From IMG/VR virus record IMGVR_UViG_2786546475_000019, positions 974-64,973 of that record: a stretch of 64,000 nucleotides of DNA. One strand, written 5' to 3'. A model generated the notes under the pieces. The model had not been told where the DNA came from. It did no database searches and saw only the letters and a program-made list of their open reading frames with translations. Position numbers and translations under genes: made by a program. Shown here in pieces: positions 44,791 through 52,518 of this stretch. This DNA is from a virus. Within the stretch, counting starts at the first letter, position 1, and each line of letters begins with the position of its first letter.

Positions 44791-45816
44791 TTAAAGTGTG
44801 ACTGTGAATGTTTCCGAAGCCCGTGTGACTGCCGTATATCGCCAACGGACCGGGCTCCAAAGGTCGCATTGTTCATCTACAATATGAACGTGCTCCCACT
44901 CAGAACCTTGTGATTTGTGTGTTGTAATAGCGTAAGCGTGATCAATTGCAAGCAGCCCTTTTGGAAAGGCATCATACAAATCACGCTGGTTCATGGACCG
45001 TCCAATCGAATCCAAGCCTACGTCGCTAATTGTATCATCTTCAAAAGTGACGTTAGCTACCATATCGTCATGCCATTTGTTCACTTTTCGAATGACCTTA
45101 ACCATTCCGTTGTAGAATGGTGGGTCATTTTTCAAAATGATAATTGGCCGCCCTGGAATCAAAGGGTTTGAAGGGTTGTCGTGGAGTTCCCGATTCAAAG
45201 AGTGACGAGTTTTATTAAACCCGCACAAAATGATCTTATCACCGGGCGTGGACCTGTACCATGATACAGGGTCCGTGTCCGCTACGAAACGATCTGAATA
45301 TTTGCCCGACGCTCGAACATACATGGACTCCTGAATGATAGGGTTGTCTGCTGCTTGCCGATGAATCGTGGACAACTCTACATCAAGGTCAAGCATCAAA
45401 TTTGGATTCTTACCGACTGGCTCCAACTGTCCATGATCTCCGGTGAGTATCACTTTCATGTTGTAACTCAGAAGGTCTTCCCAAAGCCGTTGATTCACGG
45501 TGCTTGCTTCGTCAATGTAGAAGTAAGTCCCAAGAATATCTTTCTTTGGCTTCTTGAAGAATCTCATACTCTTTCTATCAAATCGATAGATTGTGCTATG
45601 AATTGTTTGAGCTTTCTTTACTCCTTTCTTACGCAACTGCTCAACGGCCTTACCCATAAAAGCACAAGGGACTCCTCCGGGTTTACGTCGCAATATCTCT
45701 TGGGCAATCGTAGTCTTCCCAGTACCGGCGTACCCGCCAATACGGAAGACTTGCTGACTGGAACTAAGAGCTGTGTTGATTACAGACTCTTGTTCAGGCG
45801 TTAGAATTATCATCAT
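44791..45816 (-). CDS. RecD/Dda-like SF1 helicase
   Basis: Walker A GGYAGTGKTT, IDEASTV, LTGDHGQLEPV, AITTHKSQGSEW. Confidence 0.8.
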   Translation of the reverse strand: MMIILTPEQESVINTALSSSQQVFRIGGYAGTGKTTIAQEILRRKPGGVPCAFMGKAVEQLRKKGVKKAQTIHSTIYRFDRKSMRFFKKPKKDILGTYFYIDEASTVNQRLWEDLLSYNMKVILTGDHGQLEPVGKNPNLMLDLDVELSTIHRQAADNPIIQESMYVRASGKYSDRFVADTDPVSWYRSTPGDKIILCGFNKTRHSLNRELHDNPSNPLIPGRPIIILKNDPPFYNGMVKVIRKVNKWHDDMVANVTFEDDTISDVGLDSIGRSMNQRDLYDAFPKGLLAIDHAYAITTHKSQGSEWEHVHIVDEQCDLWSPVRWRYTAVTRASETFTVTL

Positions 45817-46369
45817 TGAACCTTTCTAGAAACTCAGGGGCACAGACCGTGGGTCGTGTGTCTTCGAAATCCGTAACACTCAGTGGGAGGCCGAAACCAA
45901 TTGCCCCGTCGAAAGGGTAGTATGCTGCAATGTAACTTTTAAGATAGCCGAACGTCTGTATCGGCTCCGACTTTCCCGCGTATCGATACCCATGTTTCAC
46001 GAAGCAATTGATAACATCAATGGCTTCTTGCGACGTGTTGCACTCGACTTGGAATCCTGACAACCAAACGTTCGCCTTACGTGCACGTCGGAAGTGTTCA
46101 GGTTTAGTCACTGAAAAGATCGGCGGCTCTTTGTCCGTCCACGGCCTCCACTGGTTGTCCAAGATTGAATAATACTCAAGCTCGCCGTCGAGGTACACCG
46201 ACCACGCCTCTTTATACTCAGGTAAGATGGTGCGGTATTCTTGGTCGAGAGCCCAGTTCGGGTTAACAGGAATAAAAGCCCAAGGGCTAGTAGACGTCCT
46301 AGTCCAAACTTCTGCTTCTTGGTTCAGGGCCCATTTGATAATTTCGTCTGCATGTTTGTGTTTCATCAC
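45794..46369 (-). CDS. hypothetical protein, paralog of 41564..42001
   Basis: MMKHKHADEIIKWALNQEAEVW...YRTILPEYKEAWSVYLDGELE. Confidence 0.55.
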   Translation of the reverse strand: MMKHKHADEIIKWALNQEAEVWTRTSTSPWAFIPVNPNWALDQEYRTILPEYKEAWSVYLDGELEYYSILDNQWRPWTDKEPPIFSVTKPEHFRRARKANVWLSGFQVECNTSQEAIDVINCFVKHGYRYAGKSEPIQTFGYLKSYIAAYYPFDGAIGFGLPLSVTDFEDTRPTVCAPEFLERFNDDNSNA

Positions 46370-46998
46370 TCAACTCCTCCAAATAAATTGTCTTGACACG
46401 TTTGACACAAGCCACTGATTTGATATTCGCGGATACTGGCTTCGTCTTCGAAATTGTCAGCAATGTTCCCACACCCAATGGGGCTTGGCACACATTGAGC
46501 TTGTTTGATACAACGCCTACGGTCCTTGCCCAACTGTTTAGTTAAAGCTGCTTCAATTGCTTCGTCTTTAACGGTAGGCGTATACCGTTTGATAAACTTT
46601 TCGACTTTCTCCAAGTTATCACGCCATTCAAAATTTCCTAAATACCAAAACGTATTTTTAGGGCAATCTTCTGTCCCGTAAAATGCCCACAATCCTTCTA
46701 GTCGCCCGGAACGACATTGATCAATAGCGTTTTCAAAAGCGTTCAAATCATCAAAGTCAAAGTCCAAGAACTTAGCCCTTGACTCACAGTCCCAAATTAC
46801 GGAAGTGGTTAACCGCTTCTCCGCTATTTTTTGGATAGTACAGGTCGCGGCACAGCCTATACAAATGCCTTCTCGTTGAGCACCCCAAGACCCCATATAC
46901 ACTTCAAAGTCCGGGGCTTTATCAAATTCTTTTAGCGAGTCAACCATGACTTGCAACGCGTCGATTGGAGTGGGGACTATTTCTTTGATACTTTTCAT
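46366..46998 (-). CDS. hypothetical protein
   Basis: 210-aa ORF, ATGA overlap. Confidence 0.5.
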   Translation of the reverse strand: MKSIKEIVPTPIDALQVMVDSLKEFDKAPDFEVYMGSWGAQREGICIGCAATCTIQKIAEKRLTTSVIWDCESRAKFLDFDFDDLNAFENAIDQCRSGRLEGLWAFYGTEDCPKNTFWYLGNFEWRDNLEKVEKFIKRYTPTVKDEAIEAALTKQLGKDRRRCIKQAQCVPSPIGCGNIADNFEDEASIREYQISGLCQTCQDNLFGGVE

Positions 46999-47576
46999 AA
47001 TGATAATGCCTTAATGATAAGGGACGCTCGGATAGTTTCTGCTTCAATTTGAGCTTTTTTAAGCTCTTTCTCGTAGGTTCGCTTGGTCCGGGACCCTAGC
47101 CCCTGTTCCAAGTCCCAATAACGAGGGGTTACGTACTCCATTACAGACGTGGCAAATTGGCTTTCAGCTTCACACTCTAAAGCAATTTGTGCTTGGTCGC
47201 CTTGAGCCGAGTAGCCTAAGTATAAAAAGTCTTCTTTAGCCGCCCGGAAAGCAGCGACTCGTATGCACATTTTCATCGCATTGATAATATGAGACTGTTC
47301 CATATCCTCAATGTTAATGCTTTTGCCTCCTTTCATAATCCAGGTCGGTTTACGTAAATACTTGGAAGCGTGAGCACTTTTCACTGTGGAGCGTACTCGA
47401 CTGTTCCAAATCTCTAAATACGTCTTTTGAAGGTAACCCGCTTTTCGAAGTTTTTCCTCAAGCTGGCGAAGCTTTTTATCAATGTGACGATGTTTTGTAG
47501 CTCGTCTGGAGTCATCACTATGTTCGTAAGTTACGTCAAAAGTGTTGAGTAACTCTTTGTACTCCTCTAAACTCAT
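46995..47576 (-). CDS. hypothetical protein
   Basis: start moved to ATG 47576 (AAGGAG RBS, ATGA overlap with the upstream stop). Confidence 0.5.
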   Translation of the reverse strand: MSLEEYKELLNTFDVTYEHSDDSRRATKHRHIDKKLRQLEEKLRKAGYLQKTYLEIWNSRVRSTVKSAHASKYLRKPTWIMKGGKSINIEDMEQSHIINAMKMCIRVAAFRAAKEDFLYLGYSAQGDQAQIALECEAESQFATSVMEYVTPRYWDLEQGLGSRTKRTYEKELKKAQIEAETIRASLIIKALSL

Positions 47577-47993
47577 GATATCTCCTTTTGGTTGTACCTG
47601 GCCCATATTTTTTTCATTTTATCAACTGGAACATCTCCAATGAAAAGAAAACGAATGCTGAGAGATAATTGAATCATGTCCCACGAAACTTTCTCTCCAT
47701 CGTCGAACTCAATCATAGGCTCTAAAGACCCATGATCGTTAAGAAAAATACCGACATATGTGGCCCTCGTAACTTTATCAATGTCTCCATATTGATTGAA
47801 CCATGTGAACTTTTTATCACGTACCGCATCCACTTGGTGCGTGGCCAAGAACTCGACTTCGGGTACTGTTTTAAGGTTCTTGAAAGGTACACCTGCGTGA
47901 CAAAGGGCTTTCTTCCCGTCAACAATGATAAAATCTCCTGTAAATGGAAGGTTACGAAAAATCCGTGATTTCAGTTATTGCGTATTTTTTCAT
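47573..47993 (-). CDS. hypothetical protein interrupted by a 1-nt frame change at a T5 run (A5 on + at 47957-47961)
   Basis: the 13-codon ORF from ATG 47993 (TAATG-coupled) and the start-less upstream extension of 47573..47848 join into one 139-aa reading (MKKYAITEITDFRNLPFTGDFIIVDGKK...) if one T is removed. Confidence 0.45.
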
Positions 47994-48277
47994 TACGAGT
48001 CTCCTAAAAAGAATTTATGGCTTATTTTATCATCAAGAATGTTTTCGACTTCTTCCCAAGTTGTAATTCCTTGGTATCCTCGTCCGTCGTACTCAAGAAC
48101 AACGTCTCCAAAGGTTAAGTCCCACGTGAACTCAAGCACGGCCCACACTCCATCTGCGTACTGGCACAGAAAAGAGCCTTGTTGCAAAGGACATTTTCCA
48201 TCAAGGAAAGAAGCGGCTTGCTCTGTAAAATCGGAGTCTTGGTTTTTAACAAAGTCAAGTAATGTATCAAAGTTCAT
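47993..48277 (-). CDS. hypothetical protein
   Basis: 94-aa ORF. Confidence 0.5.
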   Translation of the reverse strand: MNFDTLLDFVKNQDSDFTEQAASFLDGKCPLQQGSFLCQYADGVWAVLEFTWDLTFGDVVLEYDGRGYQGITTWEEVENILDDKISHKFFLGDS

Positions 48278-48281
48278 TTTT

Positions 48282-48650
48282 TTATCCTTGTGGAAAATAA
48301 TGATTTAAAAAAGGTTCCAAGGCCCGGGCACAACGAGCACATGAGTGTTCCCAGTCCCCGTTATCACTTAACTCCCCGTGGCCTACTTGATACGTGCCGT
48401 TAGTATGGAGCGTCACTTGGCAACGTCCGCCACACTCAATACCGATACTCTTGTTGTGAGATTTGATAATCTCATCAGCGATCTCGTAACACGGAGCTTC
48501 AACAACAATGTACGTATCAGGGGCGTTGACCATTACTACTACTACTGCGTAAGATTTACGCCCCATTCCCCGCTCATTAACACCTAGCCGCCACTCCAGA
48601 GAGCAGGCTTTTTCTTGAAGAAAACGTAATCGTTTCAAAGCTCCATTCAT
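48282..48650 (-). CDS. hypothetical protein
   Basis: 122-aa ORF. Confidence 0.5.
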   Translation of the reverse strand: MNGALKRLRFLQEKACSLEWRLGVNERGMGRKSYAVVVVMVNAPDTYIVVEAPCYEIADEIIKSHNKSIGIECGGRCQVTLHTNGTYQVGHGELSDNGDWEHSCARCARALEPFLNHYFPQG

Positions 48651-48850
48651 ACCACGCTCCTTGTTGCTTTAGTTTCATCTCCAAGGCCCACGACAGGAAC
48701 TATCAATTCCCCGTTTGGGACAGGGACCGTGACTTCTTCTGGCAATTCAAACCAGTAGTTATAGTGTCGTCCACAAGGGAATTCCACTTTGATAGCTACC
48801 TTAGCTACTGAATCCCTTGTACTTTCTTTGATTCCTTCTTGGGTAATCAT
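48647..48850 (-). CDS. hypothetical protein
   Basis: 67-aa ORF, ATGA overlap downstream. Confidence 0.45.
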   Translation of the reverse strand: MITQEGIKESTRDSVAKVAIKVEFPCGRHYNYWFELPEEVTVPVPNGELIVPVVGLGDETKATRSVV

Positions 48851-48910
48851 TGTTAAACTTTCTGTAAAGTGAGTATAGTCCGTAAATAAACACTAATAAG
48901 TAAAGCATCC

Positions 48911-48944
48911 TGCTCCCCTTTGCTCCCCTTTGCTCCCCTTTGCT
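48911..48944. repeat. 10-bp tandem repeat TGCTCCCCTT x3.4 (AAGGGGAGCA on the - strand)
   Basis: exact units at 48911, 48921 and 48931 in a 101-nt intergenic gap. Confidence 0.9.
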
Positions 48945-48951
48945 TCATTCG

Positions 48952-49341
48952 CTAGTTAAGACCTGGAAATGTACCCATGATACTTCCAAAGTGTTCCAAA
49001 CCCCCTAGCCCCAAGTAGTACCGCTCCACATCGATATCTAATAAATGATAGTGTGCGTTGTACAGCTCTAAATAATCTAAATATCGTTTGATAATTTCAG
49101 CTTGTGTCTCTCCTTTACAAAGAGACTCACGACTTATTGCATATACGTAACGATATATTCCCTTATTCTTAGGGACTGGGTTCTCCCATAAATGTTGTTG
49201 CACGTAATCTACGCCTAGAAGCACTAGGCTGTCAACGTACGTGCAAGTATCAGCGTCCATCTTATGTCCAATGATACTGAGATGTAGCTTTAGGTCCATC
49301 TCCAAAGCCCATGGACCTACTTGCTTTTGCCATTCGGTCAT
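48952..49341 (-). CDS. hypothetical protein
   Basis: 129-aa ORF, GGAGAG RBS. Confidence 0.5.
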   Translation of the reverse strand: MTEWQKQVGPWALEMDLKLHLSIIGHKMDADTCTYVDSLVLLGVDYVQQHLWENPVPKNKGIYRYVYAISRESLCKGETQAEIIKRYLDYLELYNAHYHLLDIDVERYYLGLGGLEHFGSIMGTFPGLN

Positions 49342-49508
49342 TTGTCTCTCCGTACAGGTAGATGGTAATATTGGCCGTGTTCTTCAAACAAACATCTGAT
49401 AAAAATGTTCACTTTTGACATTTCTGTCCACGGCCCTTTAGAGGCCATCCAAATTACAAAAAGTCCGGCCCCCAATATTAAAGCCATTGATAAAGCTTTG
49501 TGTTTCAT
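49338..49508 (-). CDS. small membrane protein (56 aa)
   Basis: start moved to ATG 49508, behind the conserved GAAAGGAATATCATG of cassette B1; hydrophobic LSMALILGAGLFVIWMA. Confidence 0.45.
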   Translation of the reverse strand: MKHKALSMALILGAGLFVIWMASKGPWTEMSKVNIFIRCLFEEHGQYYHLPVRRDK

Positions 49509-49527
49509 GATATTCCTTTCTAAACAA

Positions 49528-49578
49528 GTAAACAACGGTCCACGCTCCATGATACTTGGAGCGTGGTACGTTGGCTAC
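49528..49578 (-). promoter_or_regulatory. intergenic stem-loop cassette B1
   Basis: - strand GTAGCCAACGTACC-ACGCTCCA-AGTATCA-TGGAGCGT-GGACCGTTGTTTAC; starts 9 nt after the upstream stop. Confidence 0.7.
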
Positions 49579-49586
49579 TCTTACCG

Positions 49587-50147
49587 TTAGGTAGACTCAA
49601 ACGTTACGATATCCGGGTCTTGTAGCCCTCCGCCTAAGTCGGAAGCTTTCAACTCAAATTCGTAATTAACTCCACGGAACCCCGTGAAGTTATCACCGAC
49701 CCAGCCGTCGAAAGTGAACTCAACCCGCACCGTGACAGTAGGAGCGGGAATAGCTACTTCCTCAATGAATACGTCGGTCCAGCCTTGACCGCCAGAACCT
49801 CCATTAAGCGGGTTAGTGTTGTTTCCCCAATTCATAGGAAATTTTATAGTTTCCGTCACGCTCACGGGACCATTTGGGCCTTCTACCACGACAGTGTGGT
49901 CAACCATTTGATAAGTTCTCACGTGAACTGCAAGCCACTCCAAACGATTGTCAACCCACCAAGTTGCAGTTAAGTTAACTTTTGTAACGTCCCCGGCTGA
50001 GACTTCCGTGACTCCCATTGAGGCGGAGCTGTAGTAGTCTCCGGAAGTGCCGTGCACCGGGTTGTTGCCGCCTCCGCCTACTTGACCGTAAGCAGTTGTT
50101 GCTACGAGCAACAGAATAGTAAACAACACAAGTGATAAAATACGCAT
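49587..50147 (-). CDS. secreted protein
   Basis: signal-like MRILSLVLFTILLLVATTAYGQ; AAGGAG RBS. Confidence 0.55.
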   Translation of the reverse strand: MRILSLVLFTILLLVATTAYGQVGGGGNNPVHGTSGDYYSSASMGVTEVSAGDVTKVNLTATWWVDNRLEWLAVHVRTYQMVDHTVVVEGPNGPVSVTETIKFPMNWGNNTNPLNGGSGGQGWTDVFIEEVAIPAPTVTVRVEFTFDGWVGDNFTGFRGVNYEFELKASDLGGGLQDPDIVTFEST

Positions 50148-50176
50148 AGTCTCTCCTTAAAAGAGTAAAGATTTGT

Positions 50177-50188
50177 GGTCCGTGGACC
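50177..50188. promoter_or_regulatory. palindrome GGTCCGTGGACC (identical 12-mer at 2566-2577)
   Basis: lies in the 42-nt gap between two - strand genes. Confidence 0.5.
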
Positions 50189-50189
50189 A

Positions 50190-50981
50190 TCATTTAGTAG
50201 GACGACACAATGCTCGTGTCTTCCAGTAGTTGAAGCTACGTTCCAACTCTTTGACGAACGCTTCCGCATCCATCTGAGTATCAGTGCCGCCGTCGCTGCC
50301 GAAGTGGTTGTGCAGCAACGTTTCAGGTTTCATCGGAGCATTCAGGTCTTCTAAGTCCACCCCAGCGTTGACTGAGATGATATTCCACCGCCCGTAGGCT
50401 TGTTCTCCGCTCTCATAGAGCACGTCTCGATGATAAAGGACGACTTCGACGTGGCAGGCGGCGGCCTTATTTACGCCGTCCAAGTATTCATGCCGACGTG
50501 GCGACTCGCCGTCACGTCGTGGCTTATACTCCACGATCAAAGTATCATTGTTCCGAAGCTTACGAATAGGGCAATAAACCCCGTTCGCGTCAATCGGAAC
50601 GATGATAACTCCGTCTCTATAGCCGGGACGCTGCTCGTGAAATCGGGCTTGTACCTGTTCAACGAGCACTTCGTCTGAGAACTTCCAGTGGGAGAACTCA
50701 CTATTGGCTGTCTGCCGACTAACGAAGTCGTGGACCGCTACGTCTGGAGCTGGGTTGCTCCAGTTCTGTTGCGTAACCTGCAACACGGTGGGTTCTCCAT
50801 TAGGGTGGATCGCCGCTTTGTCCCTTGGCTCGTAGTCATAAATGAAGGTATCTCCGTCCGAGGATTGAAGGGCATTACGCCCCGATCCATCTTCTTCTGC
50901 GTCGCCGTAGGGGACGTAGCCGTTTTTAAGAAGTATGATAAATTCGTCGTTACTTAACATTTGTTGGTTGTCAGTTTTCAT
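50190..50981 (-). CDS. hypothetical protein
   Basis: start moved to ATG 50981 behind AACAGGAGAGCGAG, the same RBS block as at 51730. Confidence 0.5.
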   Translation of the reverse strand: MKTDNQQMLSNDEFIILLKNGYVPYGDAEEDGSGRNALQSSDGDTFIYDYEPRDKAAIHPNGEPTVLQVTQQNWSNPAPDVAVHDFVSRQTANSEFSHWKFSDEVLVEQVQARFHEQRPGYRDGVIIVPIDANGVYCPIRKLRNNDTLIVEYKPRRDGESPRRHEYLDGVNKAAACHVEVVLYHRDVLYESGEQAYGRWNIISVNAGVDLEDLNAPMKPETLLHNHFGSDGGTDTQMDAEAFVKELERSFNYWKTRALCRPTK

Positions 50982-50998
50982 CTCGCTCTCCTGTTTAT

Positions 50999-51283
50999 TT
51001 AACAAGCTTTCCATTCAGCAATAAGTTTAGCAGCTTCGGGTGAGACTTTCACCCACTGTTTCACTGAAATGTCCTCATGGGTTTCAACAGCTGCCGTGAT
51101 ACGTGTGTTGGTCTTCGGACCATTAGCCGCTAAGCCAAAGAGTCCACCGCACTCAGAACTCCAGTAAAGGACCATTCGAGCGTTTCGCAATTTGATAGGC
51201 TTTCCAGCTTCGGGGTCTTTGTCCGCCATACCGATTATAACGGCTCGTCCGTTTTCCCCGCAACAAACTAGATACATCGACAT
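50999..51283 (-). CDS. hypothetical protein
   Basis: 94-aa ORF. Confidence 0.5.
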   Translation of the reverse strand: MSMYLVCCGENGRAVIIGMADKDPEAGKPIKLRNARMVLYWSSECGGLFGLAANGPKTNTRITAAVETHEDISVKQWVKVSPEAAKLIAEWKAC

Positions 51284-51284
51284 T

Positions 51285-51629
51285 TCAGTCTCCTCTTATC
51301 AATTGATAAATTTCTTTGTAAGTATGTACTGGCATATTATACTTGTCCGCTATATCCTGCCAGTTCTCTTCCCACCAGCTAAAAGAATGACACTGACCCC
51401 CAACTTTCAACACTCCAAAGTCTTGGTTGACTTCTACTTTGCGGCCGTGTAAAATTCCGAGTGTTATCAGTTTGCCGTAGCCGTAGCCGTAGCCGTAGCC
51501 GTAGCCGTCGCCGTCGCCGTAGCCGTCGCCGTAGCCGTAGCCGTAGCCGTAGCCGTCGCCGTAGCCGTAGCCGGTCCCGTAGCCGGTCCCGTAGCCGGTC
51601 CCGTAGCCGTCGCCGTGGTTACTTAACAT
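51285..51629 (-). CDS. protein with an N-terminal Gly-Tyr(-Asp/Thr) repeat region
   Basis: GDGYGTGYGTGYGTGYGYGDGYGYGYGYGDGYGDGDGYGYGYGYGYG followed by a ~60-aa non-repetitive domain. Confidence 0.55.
   Translation of the reverse strand: MLSNHGDGYGTGYGTGYGTGYGYGDGYGYGYGYGDGYGDGDGYGYGYGYGYGKLITLGILHGRKVEVNQDFGVLKVGGQCHSFSWWEENWQDIADKYNMPVHTYKEIYQLIRGD
51474..51616. repeat. hexanucleotide microsatellite (GCCGTA/GCCGTC/GCCGGTCCCGTA variants) encoding the GY repeats
   Basis: about 143 nt of near-perfect 6-nt periodicity. Confidence 0.9.
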
Positions 51630-51640
51630 TTGATAGTTCC

Positions 51641-51730
51641 TTATAAATGATCAACTTTGGTCTTTGCTTCACGCGGACCGATGTACGGTTCCAACGTAAA
51701 TAAGTCATTGATATTTTCACATAGTTTCAT
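51641..51730 (-). CDS. tiny coupled ORF (29 aa)
   Basis: ATGA overlap with the TraR/DksA stop; preceded by AACAGGAGAGCAAG, nearly identical to the RBS block of 50190..50981. Confidence 0.35.
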   Translation of the reverse strand: MKLCENINDLFTLEPYIGPREAKTKVDHL

Positions 51731-51933
51731 CTTGCTCTCCTGTTTGCTCGCTTAGCGAGTCGTTGAGTTTCAGGATCGTCCGGAAGTATCACTAGCGATC
51801 CTGCGGTCTTATGGCCGTACACCATGTACCCTGTAGCACGCTCCGTGGTGCTACAGGTTGCACACGTCATTGTGTGCGGAAGTACCTCTAAGCGTTCACT
51901 ATCAATTTGTGTTTTGCAGTTTATGCAGTTCAC
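51727..51933 (-). CDS. TraR/DksA-family C4 zinc-finger protein
   Basis: CINCKTQIDSERLEVLPHTMTCATC. Confidence 0.55.
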   Translation of the reverse strand: MNCINCKTQIDSERLEVLPHTMTCATCSTTERATGYMVYGHKTAGSLVILPDDPETQRLAKRANRRAR

Positions 51934-52178
51934 TCTTGCTCCTTCCAGAACTTGATATTTTTGACAACCCCTTCGGCGAGGTCAGCGATAGAATCTATCA
52001 CTTCTCGCTCACAACCGGGAATGGTGTAGAAGTAATTAAACTCCCCACCCTCGGTGAAGGTAACAAGTTGCGTGAAGCGACCCTTGTTTATCTTGGACAA
52101 GTGCCAGTAGACTTCGCGAACGCCTTCGTTAAGAAAAATGTAACAGGGAGTTTCGCCAATGACTTTAGTTTCGTACAT
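51930..52178 (-). CDS. hypothetical protein
   Basis: start moved to ATG 52178 behind GAAAGGATTATCATG (same RBS block as the B cassettes). Confidence 0.45.
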   Translation of the reverse strand: MYETKVIGETPCYIFLNEGVREVYWHLSKINKGRFTQLVTFTEGGEFNYFYTIPGCEREVIDSIADLAEGVVKNIKFWKEQE

Positions 52179-52188
52179 GATAATCCTT

Positions 52189-52518
52189 TCAGATTGAGTA
52201 AGTGCGAGATTGAAGTGCTTGTTTCGGTTCACGGCCCTTGTACTTAGTTCCAGGCTGCTCGAACCACGTTCCACGTGAGATGTGAATATCCAAGTCAAGA
52301 TATTCATACTTCGGGACGTTATAATAGTCTGCTAAGTCGTAAACGTCCAGATTATCAAGATCTGGAATTGGTCGCAACGTAATATGCGACAGTACGTAAG
52401 CCGCCACATTACGTTGCTTACGCTTGAGCGTTGGGTTAGCCGCTTGGACCGTGGCCCACAGCCGCTCAAAAGACTCTAGAGTTGGACACAACTCAATGAT
52501 AGATACTCTCTTAGACAT
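52189..52518 (-). CDS. hypothetical protein
   Basis: start moved to ATG 52518 (ATGTCTAA overlap with the upstream stop). Confidence 0.45.
   Translation of the reverse strand: MSKRVSIIELCPTLESFERLWATVQAANPTLKRKQRNVAAYVLSHITLRPIPDLDNLDVYDLADYYNVPKYEYLDLDIHISRGTWFEQPGTKYKGREPKQALQSRTYSI

Noticed and set aside
51461-51646. Arg-Ser repeat ORF (RSRSRS...) on the + strand
   Set aside because: It is the antisense reading of the Gly-Tyr microsatellite. The - strand gene has an RBS and a non-repetitive C-terminal domain.
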